Notes under the pieces: generated by a model
Seen by the model: only the letters and a program-made list of their open reading frames with translations
The model's database searches: none
Told to the model about the DNA's origin: nothing
NCBI GenBank assembly: GCA_964106915.2
Contig: OZ066919.1
Reading direction: 5' to 3' (one strand)
Length of the DNA stretch: 64,000 bases
Source of the DNA: Podarcis gaigeae
Taxonomy: Eukaryota
Translations under genes and position numbers: made by a program
Shown here: positions 49,472 through 60,957 of the stretch, piece after piece
How the letters are laid out: every line of letters starts with the position of its first letter
How positions within the stretch are numbered: position 1 is the stretch's first letter

Positions 49472-49927
49472 CTAGAAAACAAAAAATGTCAAGTTCACAG
49501 GCAACCATCCAAAGGACATTTTGAACCATTTAAATCTGAATGAGCACCAAGCTGGTCAAATATATGGGACAAATGGAAGGCAGTTTTCATAGGATTTTTT
49601 CTTGGGGTTTTTTTAGGAGTCTCTCTTGTCCCCTCTATTACTTGCCTTAGCTATTGAACCTTTAAAATATAGCGATTAGGTTAAACAGATTTATCACCGG
49701 GGTTCAAATAGTAAAGCAAGAAATGAAAATATGTCTCTACGCATTTCATGCATCTCTAAGGACACTAATAGGAATAATCAATTGTCCCCATATTCCCAGT
49801 TTTGTTTAACTGTAATATACTATCTGGTTGTAAGACATACCATCCTATCCAAACGATCTGGAATTAATCTACACAAACTGTAGATAGTATTGTTAAAAAC
49901 ATTCTGTTCCTGATACTAATACTAATA

Positions 49928-50156
49928 CAGTGGTACCTCGGTTTAAGAACAGTCCTGTTAATTAACTATTTGGTTTACGAACTCCGCAAAACTGGAAGTA
50001 GTGTCCTGGTTTGCGAAATTTAACTCGGTCTAAGAACAGTGGAAGGGCACTGGCTGCGGGAAGCCTCATTAGGGAAGCGCATCTCGGTTTAAGAACAGTT
50101 CCGGTTTAAGAACGGACTTCCGGAACGTATTAAGTCCGTAAACCGCAGTACCACTG
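49928..50156. mobile_element. Tigger-like MITE
   Basis: TA|CAGTGGTACCTCGGTTTA ... TAAACCGCAGTACCACTG. Confidence 0.8.
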
Positions 50157-50409
50157 CACACAAATTAAATATCTAGCAATTTATTTTCAAAAGAACAAAC
50201 ACAAATCAAATAGTTCAGTAGGATCATCAGATATTATTAAAAAGAATCAATGAAAGATTTAAATTGCTGGATTATTATTCCTATATGCTGGTTGGTAAGA
50301 GATTTGATAAAAATAGATCTATTACTATCTATATCTATATCTATCTATATCTCTATTTTTACAATTAACCATTAGGGCATGATTGAGCTATTTTACAAAA
50401 TTCATCTTT

Positions 50410-50850
50410 AATAATAATAGTAATTATAGTAATAGTAGTAGTAGTAATAATAATAATAATTTCTACCCCATCCATCTGGCTAGGTTTCCCCAGCCACTCT
50501 GGGCAGCTTCCAACAAAAGATTAAAAATACATTAAAACACCAGTCATAAAAAACTTCCCTAAACTGGGTTGCGTTCAGATGTATTCTAAAAGTCAGATAG
50601 TTGTTTATTTCCTTGACATCTGATAGGAGGGCGTTCCACAGGGCGGGCGCCACTACCAAGAAAACCCTCTGCCTGGTTCCCTGTAACCTCACTTCTCACA
50701 ATGAAGGAACTGCCAGAAGGCCCCTGGCGCTGGACCTCAGTGTCCGGGCAGAACAATGGGGGTGGAAACGCTCCTTTAGGTATACTGGGCTGAGGCCGCT
50801 TAGGGCTTTAAAGGTCAACACCAACACTTTGAATTGTGCTCGGAAACGTG
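50410..50850 (-). mobile_element. L2-type LINE 3' fragment
   Basis: Reverse complement of the 39920 copy, with an (AAT/AGT)n tail. Confidence 0.85.
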
Positions 50851-51543
50851 CGGGGTACATATGGTATGGTAAATATACAAGACCTGCTTACAAAATATTA
50901 TTTAGATCTAAATGATGTGGAGAAGCAGCATTACCAGATATTAATTTTTATCATTATACTTTTAAAAAGGCAAGGATAAGGCTGTTGGTTTCTGTTGGAT
51001 AACATCAGAAGCACAGAGCAGGATGTGCTGAAAATGCATTTTAGTTAATTTATTCTGGCTTCCGAAAATCAAAAACATTGAGCCCTATCCTGGGAGAGAC
51101 AGCTGAAAGTACGCTGAATGTGTGGTATATATTAAAAGCAATCCTAACTCCCAGTCAAGAGAGCACTGGAGTTGAATGGAGTTGTGGAGCCACCACTGTA
51201 TATAAAGCCTTGCCGCTCATGTCATCCCGAGCAGTGGTGGTTGTGATGTGGCAGTTATTTTACCTAAAAAGGATAACAGTTCTGATATAACCTGCCCCGT
51301 CCTCCCGATATTGACTTGCTGGGGAGTTAATGGGAGAGAAGGAAGGAAGGAAGCAAAAACCTGAGGCACAGGTGCTGCTACACAGTCACGTGTATGAATG
51401 CCACATCTAATGTCAAGGGTGGGTTAATACGGGAGCTGGTGATATAGCAGGGCTAGCTGATATAGCAGTTTTGTCACTTTGTCCAATGAGGGACTCCACT
51501 ATAGGTCACTACAAAATTCTGCTAAAACTAAATAGTGCACCTG

Positions 51544-51822
51544 TCAGCAGTTCAGAGCTCTAGCTGCTTGAAAGAACACCAGTGCAAGTAGATAAATAGA
51601 TACCACTGTGGTGGGAAGGTAAATGGTGTTTCCATGCGCTCTGGTTTCCGTCATGGTGTTCCATTGAGCCAGAAGCTGCTTAGTAATGCTGGCCACATGA
51701 CCCGGAAAGCTGTCTGTGGACAAATGCCAGCTCCCTCGGCCTGAAGCAAGATGAGCGCCACACCCCATAGTCGCCTTTGACTGGACTTAAACCATCCAGG
51801 GATCCTTTACCCTTTACCTTTT
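51544..51822 (+). mobile_element. Sauria SINE, 5'-truncated, ~56 nt from the exon-6 donor
   Basis: gtgcaagtagataaata...gatgagcgccacacccc...tttacctttaccttt. Confidence 0.85.
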
Positions 51823-51878
51823 CACCTGCATGTGCCTAAGGATATGATTTCTCTTTCAAATGCATTTTGTGACGTTAC

Positions 51879-51945
51879 CTTTTTTATTCCTTGTAGACAA
51901 TCCAGAATAGTTAGATTATATGTACTGTTCCCAAATGAGGCATCC
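51879..51945 (-). CDS. CDC14A: CDC14A coding exon (human exon 6 equivalent, 67 nt): [22 protein letters not shown]
   Basis: Acceptor ttatag|G, donor AAG|gtaacg; peptide matches CDC14[23 protein letters not shown]. Confidence 0.96.
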
Positions 51946-52239
51946 CTATAAAAAGAGAAATATCAGCATATTCCAGATAAATACAAAAACATCTACCTAT
52001 CATACCCCATTTTAGTAAATGGCTATATTTTAAATTTCTGAAATTTGACCCTCAACATGAAGGTTACACATGAAAATGCTTCTACACACAATTCTCCTCA
52101 ATTTATTGATGGTACGTTCATCTAAAATGTTTATAGGATGAACTCAAATAGAAAGTATTATTAATTATTAGCTACACGTATACTTTGTATACCATGTATA
52201 CAAGGAAGCATACATGTTTCTCCTGCCTCGCATTCAACT

Positions 52240-52385
52240 TTACCGTAACAACAACCCTATGAGGTAGGCCAGCCTGAGAGAGCGAGACTGGCCGAAGTTC
52301 ATCCAGTGAGCTTCATAGCAGAGTGGGGATATGAACCTTCGTCCCCTGGCCTCAGTCCAGCACCTTAGTCATTGCACTTCTGGCT
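52240..52385 (-). mobile_element. Old tRNA-derived (MIR/Squam3-like) SINE
   Basis: acaacaaccctatgaggtagg...gactggccgaag..cagtgagcttcatagcagagtgggga..tgaacc. Confidence 0.6.
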
Positions 52386-53647
52386 ACTTAAATATAATTC
52401 ACACGTCTGGAATTAGTCCTACAGACACATTTCAAGTGTATTTTGTGACGTTACCTTAGTCCTACAGACACATTTCAAGTGTATTTTACTGCTACTATTT
52501 TAAATCACAGTTCCCTCCAGAGACTGAATGGAACATGGCGCAAAAGAAAGCTGAAGGAAGAAGAAGAGAAGGTAAATGATGCTCCCTCAAACCAGCTTTT
52601 CAGACTATTAGACTATTATATTCACCATATGTTCCTGGATTAAGAAATAGGTTTTGTTTGTTTGTTCATTTCGTAAGAGTCTATGAAGCCTTACACATAT
52701 ATGAGATTACTCAAAATTGGGACTATACATAGCACACAGGACTAGTATTTTAAATTAGAATTACTTAAGATGATAGTTCTCCACTTCACTATGTATACTT
52801 CACCACTCCTCAGCATTTAAAATACTCATGCAAAAAAAAGGGAGTATAACACCGATGACAAAAATGGAGCTTAAAAATAATTTGAAACAATATCTTCCTA
52901 AATGTTTGGCAATTCTACTTAAAATGGATACTCCACAGACTCTGCTTGGACTATTTCCCCCTCGTTTAAATAGATATTAATCAATCTAGGGTGGCCATCG
53001 CAACTGGGAAATTAGAACTACAATGTAGATAGCAATTTTGGCTGTGCTTCACTGGATCAGCACAAATAGCTGGAAGAATAATTCACTTTCAACTCTAATT
53101 TCAATACTCTGCAGTTTTCCATTATAAGTATTCTTAGATATGTCTGAATGTGCACCCACACCCCTGACCTCCAAGAGGGCTATTTGCATCTTCTCCCTGA
53201 CACACATATATTACTAACTGCTACAAAAGAAGAAGCGATAGGAACCGAGTTAAAGAGAAACCTTGCCCGTGCACTGCAGAATAATCTTTCATCCATTGAC
53301 GATACTATTTAATGAGGTTTTTGTAATACTGTATTTAGAATATGTATGGAATTTATCTGGAAAGTCTATTCACACAAGCAGCAGAAGCAAGACTTTTGCT
53401 AATGCACCATATGTTGGCTACTGAAACTTAGTCTGTACATAATGCTTGCCTGAAACGTTTGCATGGGAAAAGTCAAACTGACGACATGACCTCCTGAGCT
53501 TTGAGAATCAAAATCTAAATATAGATTCCTGTTTAATCATTCATCATTCAGTGACACTTTACTGTGTTTTGGACAGTCTACCCAGGGCTAGTTAAAGAAA
53601 AAAAAAGGCTAGATACTTGCTAAGAAACCAGTATTAGTCTCAAAGCC

Positions 53648-53690
<43 letters not shown>
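53648..53690. repeat. (TAT)n microsatellite
   Basis: ~14 units. Confidence 0.95.
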
Positions 53691-53693
<3 letters not shown>

Positions 53694-53882
53694 GTACAAA
53701 GAACCTAACATTTTCTAAGACAGGGATGGTCTGTAAAAGATAATCTAACAGATAAAATAACAAATGGAAAAAAAGGATGGTGAGGGAAAGGAAGGCAAGT
53801 ATTGGAGCAACTGCTTATTCACTCCAATGAAATTAACAGGCCTTAAGTTAGATATGGACATTGATTTCAATAGGCCTACTCT

Positions 53883-54230
53883 CAGGGCCGGATTTAGGTT
53901 TGATGAGGCCCTGAGCTACTGAAGGTAATGGGGCCCTTTATATGTCCAGCTGTCCTTTGTCAACAACAAATTGTCGCTGTTTTTTTGTGTTGAATATATG
54001 CTATATGGTAATTTAAGGACCTAATAGGTATCTAAAGCCATTTGCACATAACAAAATAGGAAGCTACACAACACAAAACACTGTTGCTGTATGTAGGTTT
54101 TATTTGTTTTTTTATCTTATATTTTGGAAACGTACATCCAGGTTTTTTTCCTTTCATTTTTTTGGGGAGCCCCCAAGAGAGTGGGGCCCTAAGCTATAGC
54201 TTGCTTAGCTTATACGTAAATCTGGCACTG
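53883..54230. mobile_element. hAT non-autonomous element
   Basis: TIR CAGGGCCGGATTTA / TAAATCTGGCACTG; 8-bp TSD (c/t)ctactct. Confidence 0.88.
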
Positions 54231-55058
54231 TCTACTCTGAGTAAATGTTAGTTGAATGCAACTCGGGGGCTGTCTTCCAGAGTGACTGTGGGTGCCTTAG
54301 CTGGTGGCAGAGGCCAAAGTATGCCTCACTTTGGTTTAGCAGTCTTAAGGCAATTGGCAGCTAAAGGAGTGTGTTTGTTCTTTGTGAAGTGGGGGGGGGG
54401 ATAAGGAAATTCCCTGCAACACATTCTCTGGCCGATGAACAGGCTTATGTTTTCCCCTTTAGTTGCCATAATACAGCTAAGGCAAGCAATGCTAAAAGCA
54501 TTAAGAAGTATTTTAACCACACTAGCTAATGGAGGATGTTGTAAAGGTAGCTTCAAGGGAACCTGAATTTGCAATAGGCAATGATTGGATGTTTAATGCA
54601 AAATCTGAATGCCAGATGTGTAAGGAATCCCAGATGTGTGAAAGCAGGCTGCAATTACTCTCAAAAAGGAAAAGCATAACATGCACATTCTCTGATGCAC
54701 TCCGCAAGGCCGACGTAAAAAGCGTTACTTGATTAATCACGAGTTTTAATCAGATCTGCTTATGAATAATACAACTCTCTCGGGGGGGGGGGGGGAATGG
54801 CTGTGTTCAGACAATTGTGTACCAGCTTCTTAAGCTGCTATATAAAGGACTCTAACAACCATCAAGTCAGCTGTCTTGGCAGGAAATGCCCTGTCCTGGA
54901 CATGGTCAACTGATCTGCTCCTGGAGCTGATGGGATTTGGAGGCAAAGGGTGCTTCCAGGAATGGTCCGCGCTTTATCAAGGGCAAGACTGTCAGAACCA
55001 CCAGTAACATCAGCGAGAGGTTGATGCCATTATAGACAACCAGATTAATTTATAATTA

Positions 55059-55480
55059 CCGTATTTTTCGCCCTATAGGACGCACCGTCCCATAAGGCGC
55101 ACCTAGTTTTTTTGGGGGGGAAATAAAGGGGGGGGGAATTATTTCCCCCCCAGGCGTGGGGCTGGGGCGGGGGAGGCCCGAGCTTCCCCCGACCCCAGCC
55201 CCCAAACAGGCAGCACTGGCTCCCGCTGCTTGTGGAGAGGTCCGCAAAGCCTTCAGCATGCAGGCTTCAGCTTGCAGGCAACTCTCCGCAAGCAGCAGGA
55301 GCGCCCCCGCTGCTTGCGGAGAGGTCCGCGAAGCCTGGAGAGCGAGAGGGGTCGGTGTGCACCGACCCCTCTCGCTCTCCAGGCTTCAGCGAAAGCCTGC
55401 ATTCGCCCCATAGGACGCACACACATTTCCCCTTCATTTTTGGAGGGGGAAAAGTGTGTCCTATTGGGCGAAAAATACGG
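55059..55480. mobile_element. Tc2/pogo-like MITE (CCGTATTTTTCG TIR)
   Basis: TA|CCGTATTTTTCGCCCTATAGG ... CCTATTGGGCGAAAAATACGG|TA. Confidence 0.9.
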
Positions 55481-56707
55481 TATTATTATTCACACTAAGG
55501 CCTTTATACAATAAAGCCACAAAGCAACTTGATAATCATTTGTCAATTGTACCGAAACCATTTCTTGAAAGTATGCCCTTCTATTAATCAATTGATTTTT
55601 TTAAAAGATACAATTTCTTTTTTACTAAACATGGCCGCTCTAGGGCCAAAGCTGAGCCTTTTCGAGTACCAGCTTCCAGATCTGCAACAATATTGACCTT
55701 GAAATAAAACTCTGGATAGGTAATTTGTGTTTTAAACTGTTTTTGTAGTTTATTGCTGGTTTTAATATTTTGATTTGTTTGATATTCTTGCTGTTAATTG
55801 TTAGTAAATTTATCTTTTTTAAACCGCTTTGAGGATTTTTACATTTAAGAGGTGTATAAAGTTTATTCAGTGTGAACCATAAGCTTGAATACCCCTCATA
55901 TCACATTTTAACACAAGTGTGTGCAAAAGAGAATACCTTCTATATTTTTTTCATATGATAATTTCTACTGGAATGTAATAAACCCAAGTGTTTAAAAGGC
56001 TTCAGCTGCTGCTGTTTGATCACTATCATGTTTTGCTCTTCTGCTTAATTGCGTGGTCCACTCAGTTCAACATCCTGAGGACCTGTCAGCTTTCACTGAA
56101 AAAAGCAAATTTCTGGGGCTTACAACTGCAAAGACAGGCAATGGCTGGAGAAATATCACACACCAACGGATAGGGTAAGAACAAACAGTCTCCTGTTTTC
56201 TATGAGTAAGGGTGGGAAACAGACCTGTGTGTATTTTCAAGGTTTAAAACCCAGCAGAATCCAGCTTCTCTTGGCATATGATGTATCATCCTTGGTGCTG
56301 AATTTCAGCTTTAGAGAACAGTATATACCCAGGCAGACTGGTATATTATGGCAACAGTGCTCCCATAAGCACAAGCCCTGACTCTGTGCAAGGTGCAACT
56401 AAGATTGCTGCAGATTCTGTGCCTAGGTAGCGGAAAGTGAAGTGGAAAAGGGCAATTTTCTTCCTGAAAGCTGTTTTTTCTAAAAACCTCGTACCACCTT
56501 TACACTTTCTTTCAGCCGTTCCATTCCCACTTGCATGTAAATACTGGCTTTATCCCTCTGTGTACAATAAGCCCTTTATTCACGATGTCTGATTACAAGG
56601 CACCTAATACTGCTGCCCAGATACCAAGTCCGTGTTTTATATTGTAGTGAGAGATCTTATCCTTTGTGGGTAAATCCTTATTCCTACTGACAAATTATGC
56701 TCCTGAA

Positions 56708-56887
56708 AAAATTGCTTCCAGTAGCACCTTAAAGACCAACTAAGTTAGTTCTTGGTATGAGCTTTCGTGTGCATGCACACAAAAGCTCATTCCAAGAACT
56801 AACTTAGTTGGTCTTTAAGGTGCTACTGGAAGCAATTTTTTTTGTTTTGACTATGGCAGACCAACACGGCTACCTATCTGTAACTGG
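56708..56887. mobile_element. Short Penelope-like insertion forming a long hairpin (hammerhead core incomplete)
   Basis: Same family sequence; inverted repeat centred on gtgtgcatgcacac; TSD tatgctcctgaa (56696-56707 / 56891-56902). Confidence 0.8.
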
Positions 56888-57803
56888 AACTATGCTCCTG
56901 AAGAAAGACTGAACATATATTCAAGATTTCAGACACTACAAACCTATAAGCCGGGGGTAGAGAACTTCAGGCCTGCAGGAGGGGGCGACACACACAAATG
57001 TGGCCTCCCGGGGCTCTCTCCAGCCCCCAGGACTTTCTCTAGGTCTCATCCACCAATGGCCTGACTTCACATCTTCTTCCTTCCTTCTTTTTGCCTGGCT
57101 AGAATGGGACATTTAACCCCGAAAACAACTTCTGCTTGCCTTAAAGAATAGAGTGAGGTGTGGGTGTGGGTGTGTGTAAAAACTAGTCTACTTTAGGTAA
57201 AGATAATATTTACATTTACTGCTCCTCCCATTTTTGTCTCTGCTCCATCCACCATTGGCATGCAGCCTTGGAAAAAAGGTTCCCCAGCACTGCTATAAGC
57301 TATCATTCACTTGCTACGTAGAGTCATACCTCAGATTGAAGTTGCTTCAGGTTGAGCGTTTTTGGGTCGCGCTCCGCGGTGACCTGGAAGTAACGCAACA
57401 CGTTACTTCCGGATTTTGCTGCTCGCGCATGCACAGACGCTCAAAATGACGGCATGCGCAGAAGTGGCACATCGCAAAGCTCTGGATGTGAACGAGGCTC
57501 TGGAACAGATCCCGTTTGCATCCAGAGGTACCTATGTATTTATTTTTCCAGCAACTGGTATTTGGAAGCATACTGTCTCCAAGCACGGAGGCAAAGCGTA
57601 GCCATTGTGGTTAGCAGCTACTGATAGCCTTCTCCTCCGTCAATTTATCTCGCCGTCTTTTAAACCCATCCCAGTTGGTAGCCAAAACTGCCTCTTGTGG
57701 GAGCAAATTCCATAGTTGATGGGCTGTGTGAAAAAAGCGCTTTCTTTCATCTGTCCCCAATCTTCCAACACTCTGCTTCATTGGATGACCCCAAGTTCTG
57801 GCG

Positions 57804-58732
57804 CATGGGTAGGAAACTAAGGCCGGGGGGGGGGGCGGATCCGGCCCAATCGCCTTCTAAACCCAGCCCATGGATGGTCCAGGAATCAGTGCTTTTTACA
57901 TGAGTAGAATGTGTCCTTTTATTTAAAATGCACCCCTAGGTTATTTGTGGGGCCTGCCTGGTGTTTTTACATGAGTAGAATGTGTGCTTTTATTTAAAAT
58001 GCATTTCTGGGCTATTTGTGGGGCAGAGGAATTTGTCGTCCCCCCAAAAATATATATATATATACCGTATTTTTCGTCCCATAGGGCGCTCCATCCCATA
58101 GGACGCACCTAGTTTTTTTTTTGGGGGGGGAAATAAAGGAAAAAGTTTTTCCCTTTATTCCCCCCCCCCCCCAAATCAGGTCGGGGAAACCGAACCAGGT
58201 CGAGGAACAGCGGGATGGCGGCGCTGCACCTCCTTGCTGTCCCCCGAGCTTGTGGGGCTGGCCGATGTCTGTCCGGCGGGTGGGGCGCTCTGCTTCAGGG
58301 CGCCCCTCGCGCCGGGCAGCAGGCTGCTATCCGCAGCATGGGGAGTCCTGCGGGGAAGTCCCGCAGGGCTGCCTAGGCTGCGGATGTGTTCCAAAGCGCT
58401 GGGCGCTCTGCTTTCAGCGCGCCCGGTGCTCCAGGAAGCAGGCTGCTATCCGCAGCCTAGACAGCCCTGTGGGAACTCCCGCAGGGCTGCCTAGGCTGCG
58501 GATGTGTTCCTGAAGCCTGGAGAGTGAGAGGGGTCGGTGCGCACCGACCCCTCTCACTCTCCAAGCTTCAGCAAAAGCCTGCATTCGCCCCATAGGATGC
58601 ACCCAGATTTCCCCTTCATTTTTGGAGGGGAAAAAGTGCGTCCTATAGGGCGAAAAATACGGTAGTCCAGCCGCCCACAAGGTCTGAGGGACAGTGGACC
58701 GGCCCCCTGCTGAAAAAGTTTGCTGACCCCCA
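57804..58732. mobile_element. OC1-like hAT MITE carrying a nested MITE
   Basis: Same ends as the 19969 copy; TSD ttct(g/a)gcg. Confidence 0.85.
58065..58662. mobile_element. Tc2/pogo-like MITE nested in the OC1-like MITE
   Basis: TA|CCGTATTTTTCG ... CGAAAAATACGG|TA inserted into a (TA)n run. Confidence 0.9.
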
Positions 58733-60859
58733 TTCTAGCGTTAAGAGAAAAAGGGAAAAACTTTTCTCTATCTGCTTTCTCCATCTCATGTGTAATTTTA
58801 CACCCTTCTGTTGTGTCACTATTTCTTGCCTTTTCTCAAAAGTAAGTAATGAACATCTGGGGAGAAAATAAATAAAAGTTATGCAGGAAGGTCCTGTTTA
58901 GGTAAAATTATCTTTATAGGAGTCAGTGTCGCCCCCCCCCCCAGGGGTGTGTGACACTATGGGAGGAATTTTAGCAACTCTATCAAGAAGCTGGATGGTC
59001 CTGATTTTTAAACATTGAAAGAGCCACATAACACCATAAAAAAACCAAGTGAAGACTTTGGAATTACAGAGGTAGTCTCGTTGTTTCTAGAAGCTTTCCT
59101 ATCAAAAATTTACCTGCCAATACTAATGCAATGGTTTTTCGAAAGGAAGCTTTCAGAAAGACTTGTCTTTATTTTCCTTTGCATAGGAATCCAGCAAGTT
59201 CAGGCAAGCCCAGAAAGTCTTTGCCATATACTATTAACAAAGCTGTGGCAACACCATATATCCCTTCCACAGCAGCAACTGTCACTATAGACTACCCTTG
59301 CAAACAAATGCTTTCACGTGCCAAACATTCTCTAAAGCTGTACACCATTTGTGTATAGCAATCTTTTAAAGTATGTCCTTTACTAAACTCTTGCAGTGGA
59401 GTCAGCCTTAAATATTCGCCGTCCTACTTTTGAAAAAAATGCACCTACCAATGCCAAGTTTCAAGTTAACTGTCATTTCTCTCATGTATGAAATGAGTGT
59501 CTACAAAGAGAGCTACAAAACTTACCAGCACATATATTTTTTATCCAGGAACCACAGGGTAAAGTGTCAGTCCCTATAAAACCAATGGCCGTACCCTAGA
59601 TCTGTGGTTTACAAACTGTGGGCCGCCAGTGGTTTGTGAGCTTTATTCAGGTAGCCAACAGTGTGTCTGGATTTGTGGATGCACATCCAATGCACTGAAT
59701 ATTGATTGTTAATTGCATTCTCACTGTGTCTTTTATTTCTTAGGTTGTATTGTATTTACAATTCAAATTCAGCAAGCAGAGAAACCATTAAGTGGTTCAC
59801 TAAGACCCCAAATGGTGGTGGTGGTGGTGGTGGGTTTGGAATAAAATAAAAATAAAGTTATGGCATTTCACCAAACATTTAAGAAAACAATTGAGTGTAT
59901 TCGACTAAGTTTTACTCAGGGAAATTAATGAACGTTACAAAATTAGATCCATTAATTTCAATGGGTCTACTCTGAGTAAAGTTTAGTTCAATGTGCATAA
60001 CTGCTTTAGGTTGGTGCTAAGACAAGCTCTACCAGAAACCGCCAGTCCAGCCAGCTTCTCTATGTGGAATTGGAAGTGGGGGCCATCTTGTCCTTTGCTT
60101 TAGGCAGCAAACTGCACTGGGTTAGCCATGGATAGCGTAGAAATAACATTCTAGATATACTTTAGCATGATGAAGCAATGCTCCCTTGCCTGCTGTTAAA
60201 GTTGACCAGACTGGTGGGTACCAGGGACTTCCCAGTGGTTGGTCCCATACCTGTGAACTCTGTGGGTCCCCTCTTGTGGCCTTTAAAGAGATTCAAAAAT
60301 TTCTGTATGCCACCAAGCTTTTTATTGACAATTATATCTGTCGCTCTTTCTATTCAAATGCCCCTCGTCGTATTGTTACGATATTCCATTGTTGTGTTGT
60401 TTTTGACATTTTAATTGTAAACTACCATGTGAGAGTTTGCCTTAAAGAGGCAGAGCGGAAATAACTAAAATCAAGAGTTTTCTGAATGAGTGGAAGTGAC
60501 TGCCTTTGGAAGACATCCATGGTTTCCAATTGGGACAGGAAGGCCAGCTGCGTGTACACCTATTTCCCGATACAGCTTGGTCCTTGTCAATGTTTACTCA
60601 GCTGTTGTACCCTGGGCTGGCCACAGGTGATTGTATCTGGCACCATTGGAATGCAAAGAGGCAGAGACAAGGGAGCACTGGGGAGATTCGGCTGAATCTC
60701 CCCTTATTGCAGTCCACTGGCGGTCTCAGTCACTTGCATAGAAAGCAATTCACTTGTGGCAGACTCTCCTCAGTGGTTTGTATTGCCTAATGAAGGGGCA
60801 AAGGCTAAGCAGAAAAACTGGAGGTATGCACTTCCATATATGAAAACTCTATAAAACAA

Positions 60860-60957
60860 GTTACAGATAGGTAGCCGTGTTGGTCTGCCATAGTCAAAAC
60901 AAAAAAAAATTCCTTCCAGTAGCACCTTAAAGACCAACTAAGTTGGTCTTTAAGGTG
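60860..60957. mobile_element. Short Penelope-like insertion with fold-back end
   Basis: gttacagataggtagccgtgttggtctg...agcaccttaaagaccaactaagttggtctttaaggtg; TSD ctctataaaacaa (60847-60859 / 60958-60970). Confidence 0.78.

Larger units (their letters stand above)
57540..58830 (-). mobile_element. CR1 LINE fragment interrupted by nested DNA transposons
   Basis: CR1-like sequence (gccattgtgg..tgatagcc..cttttaaacccatc..gagcaaattccatag) resumes after 58740 (gggaaaaacttttctctatc). Confidence 0.6.

Noticed and set aside
56750-56795. Third hammerhead ribozyme
   Set aside because: Lacks CUGANGA on either strand, and the plus-strand half has AAAA in place of GAAA
59526-59573. 48-nt AG...GTAAGT-bounded segment in CDC14A intron 5
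   Set aside because: Weak polypyrimidine tract, immediate in-frame TGA and no similarity to CDC14A exon 5; probably chance
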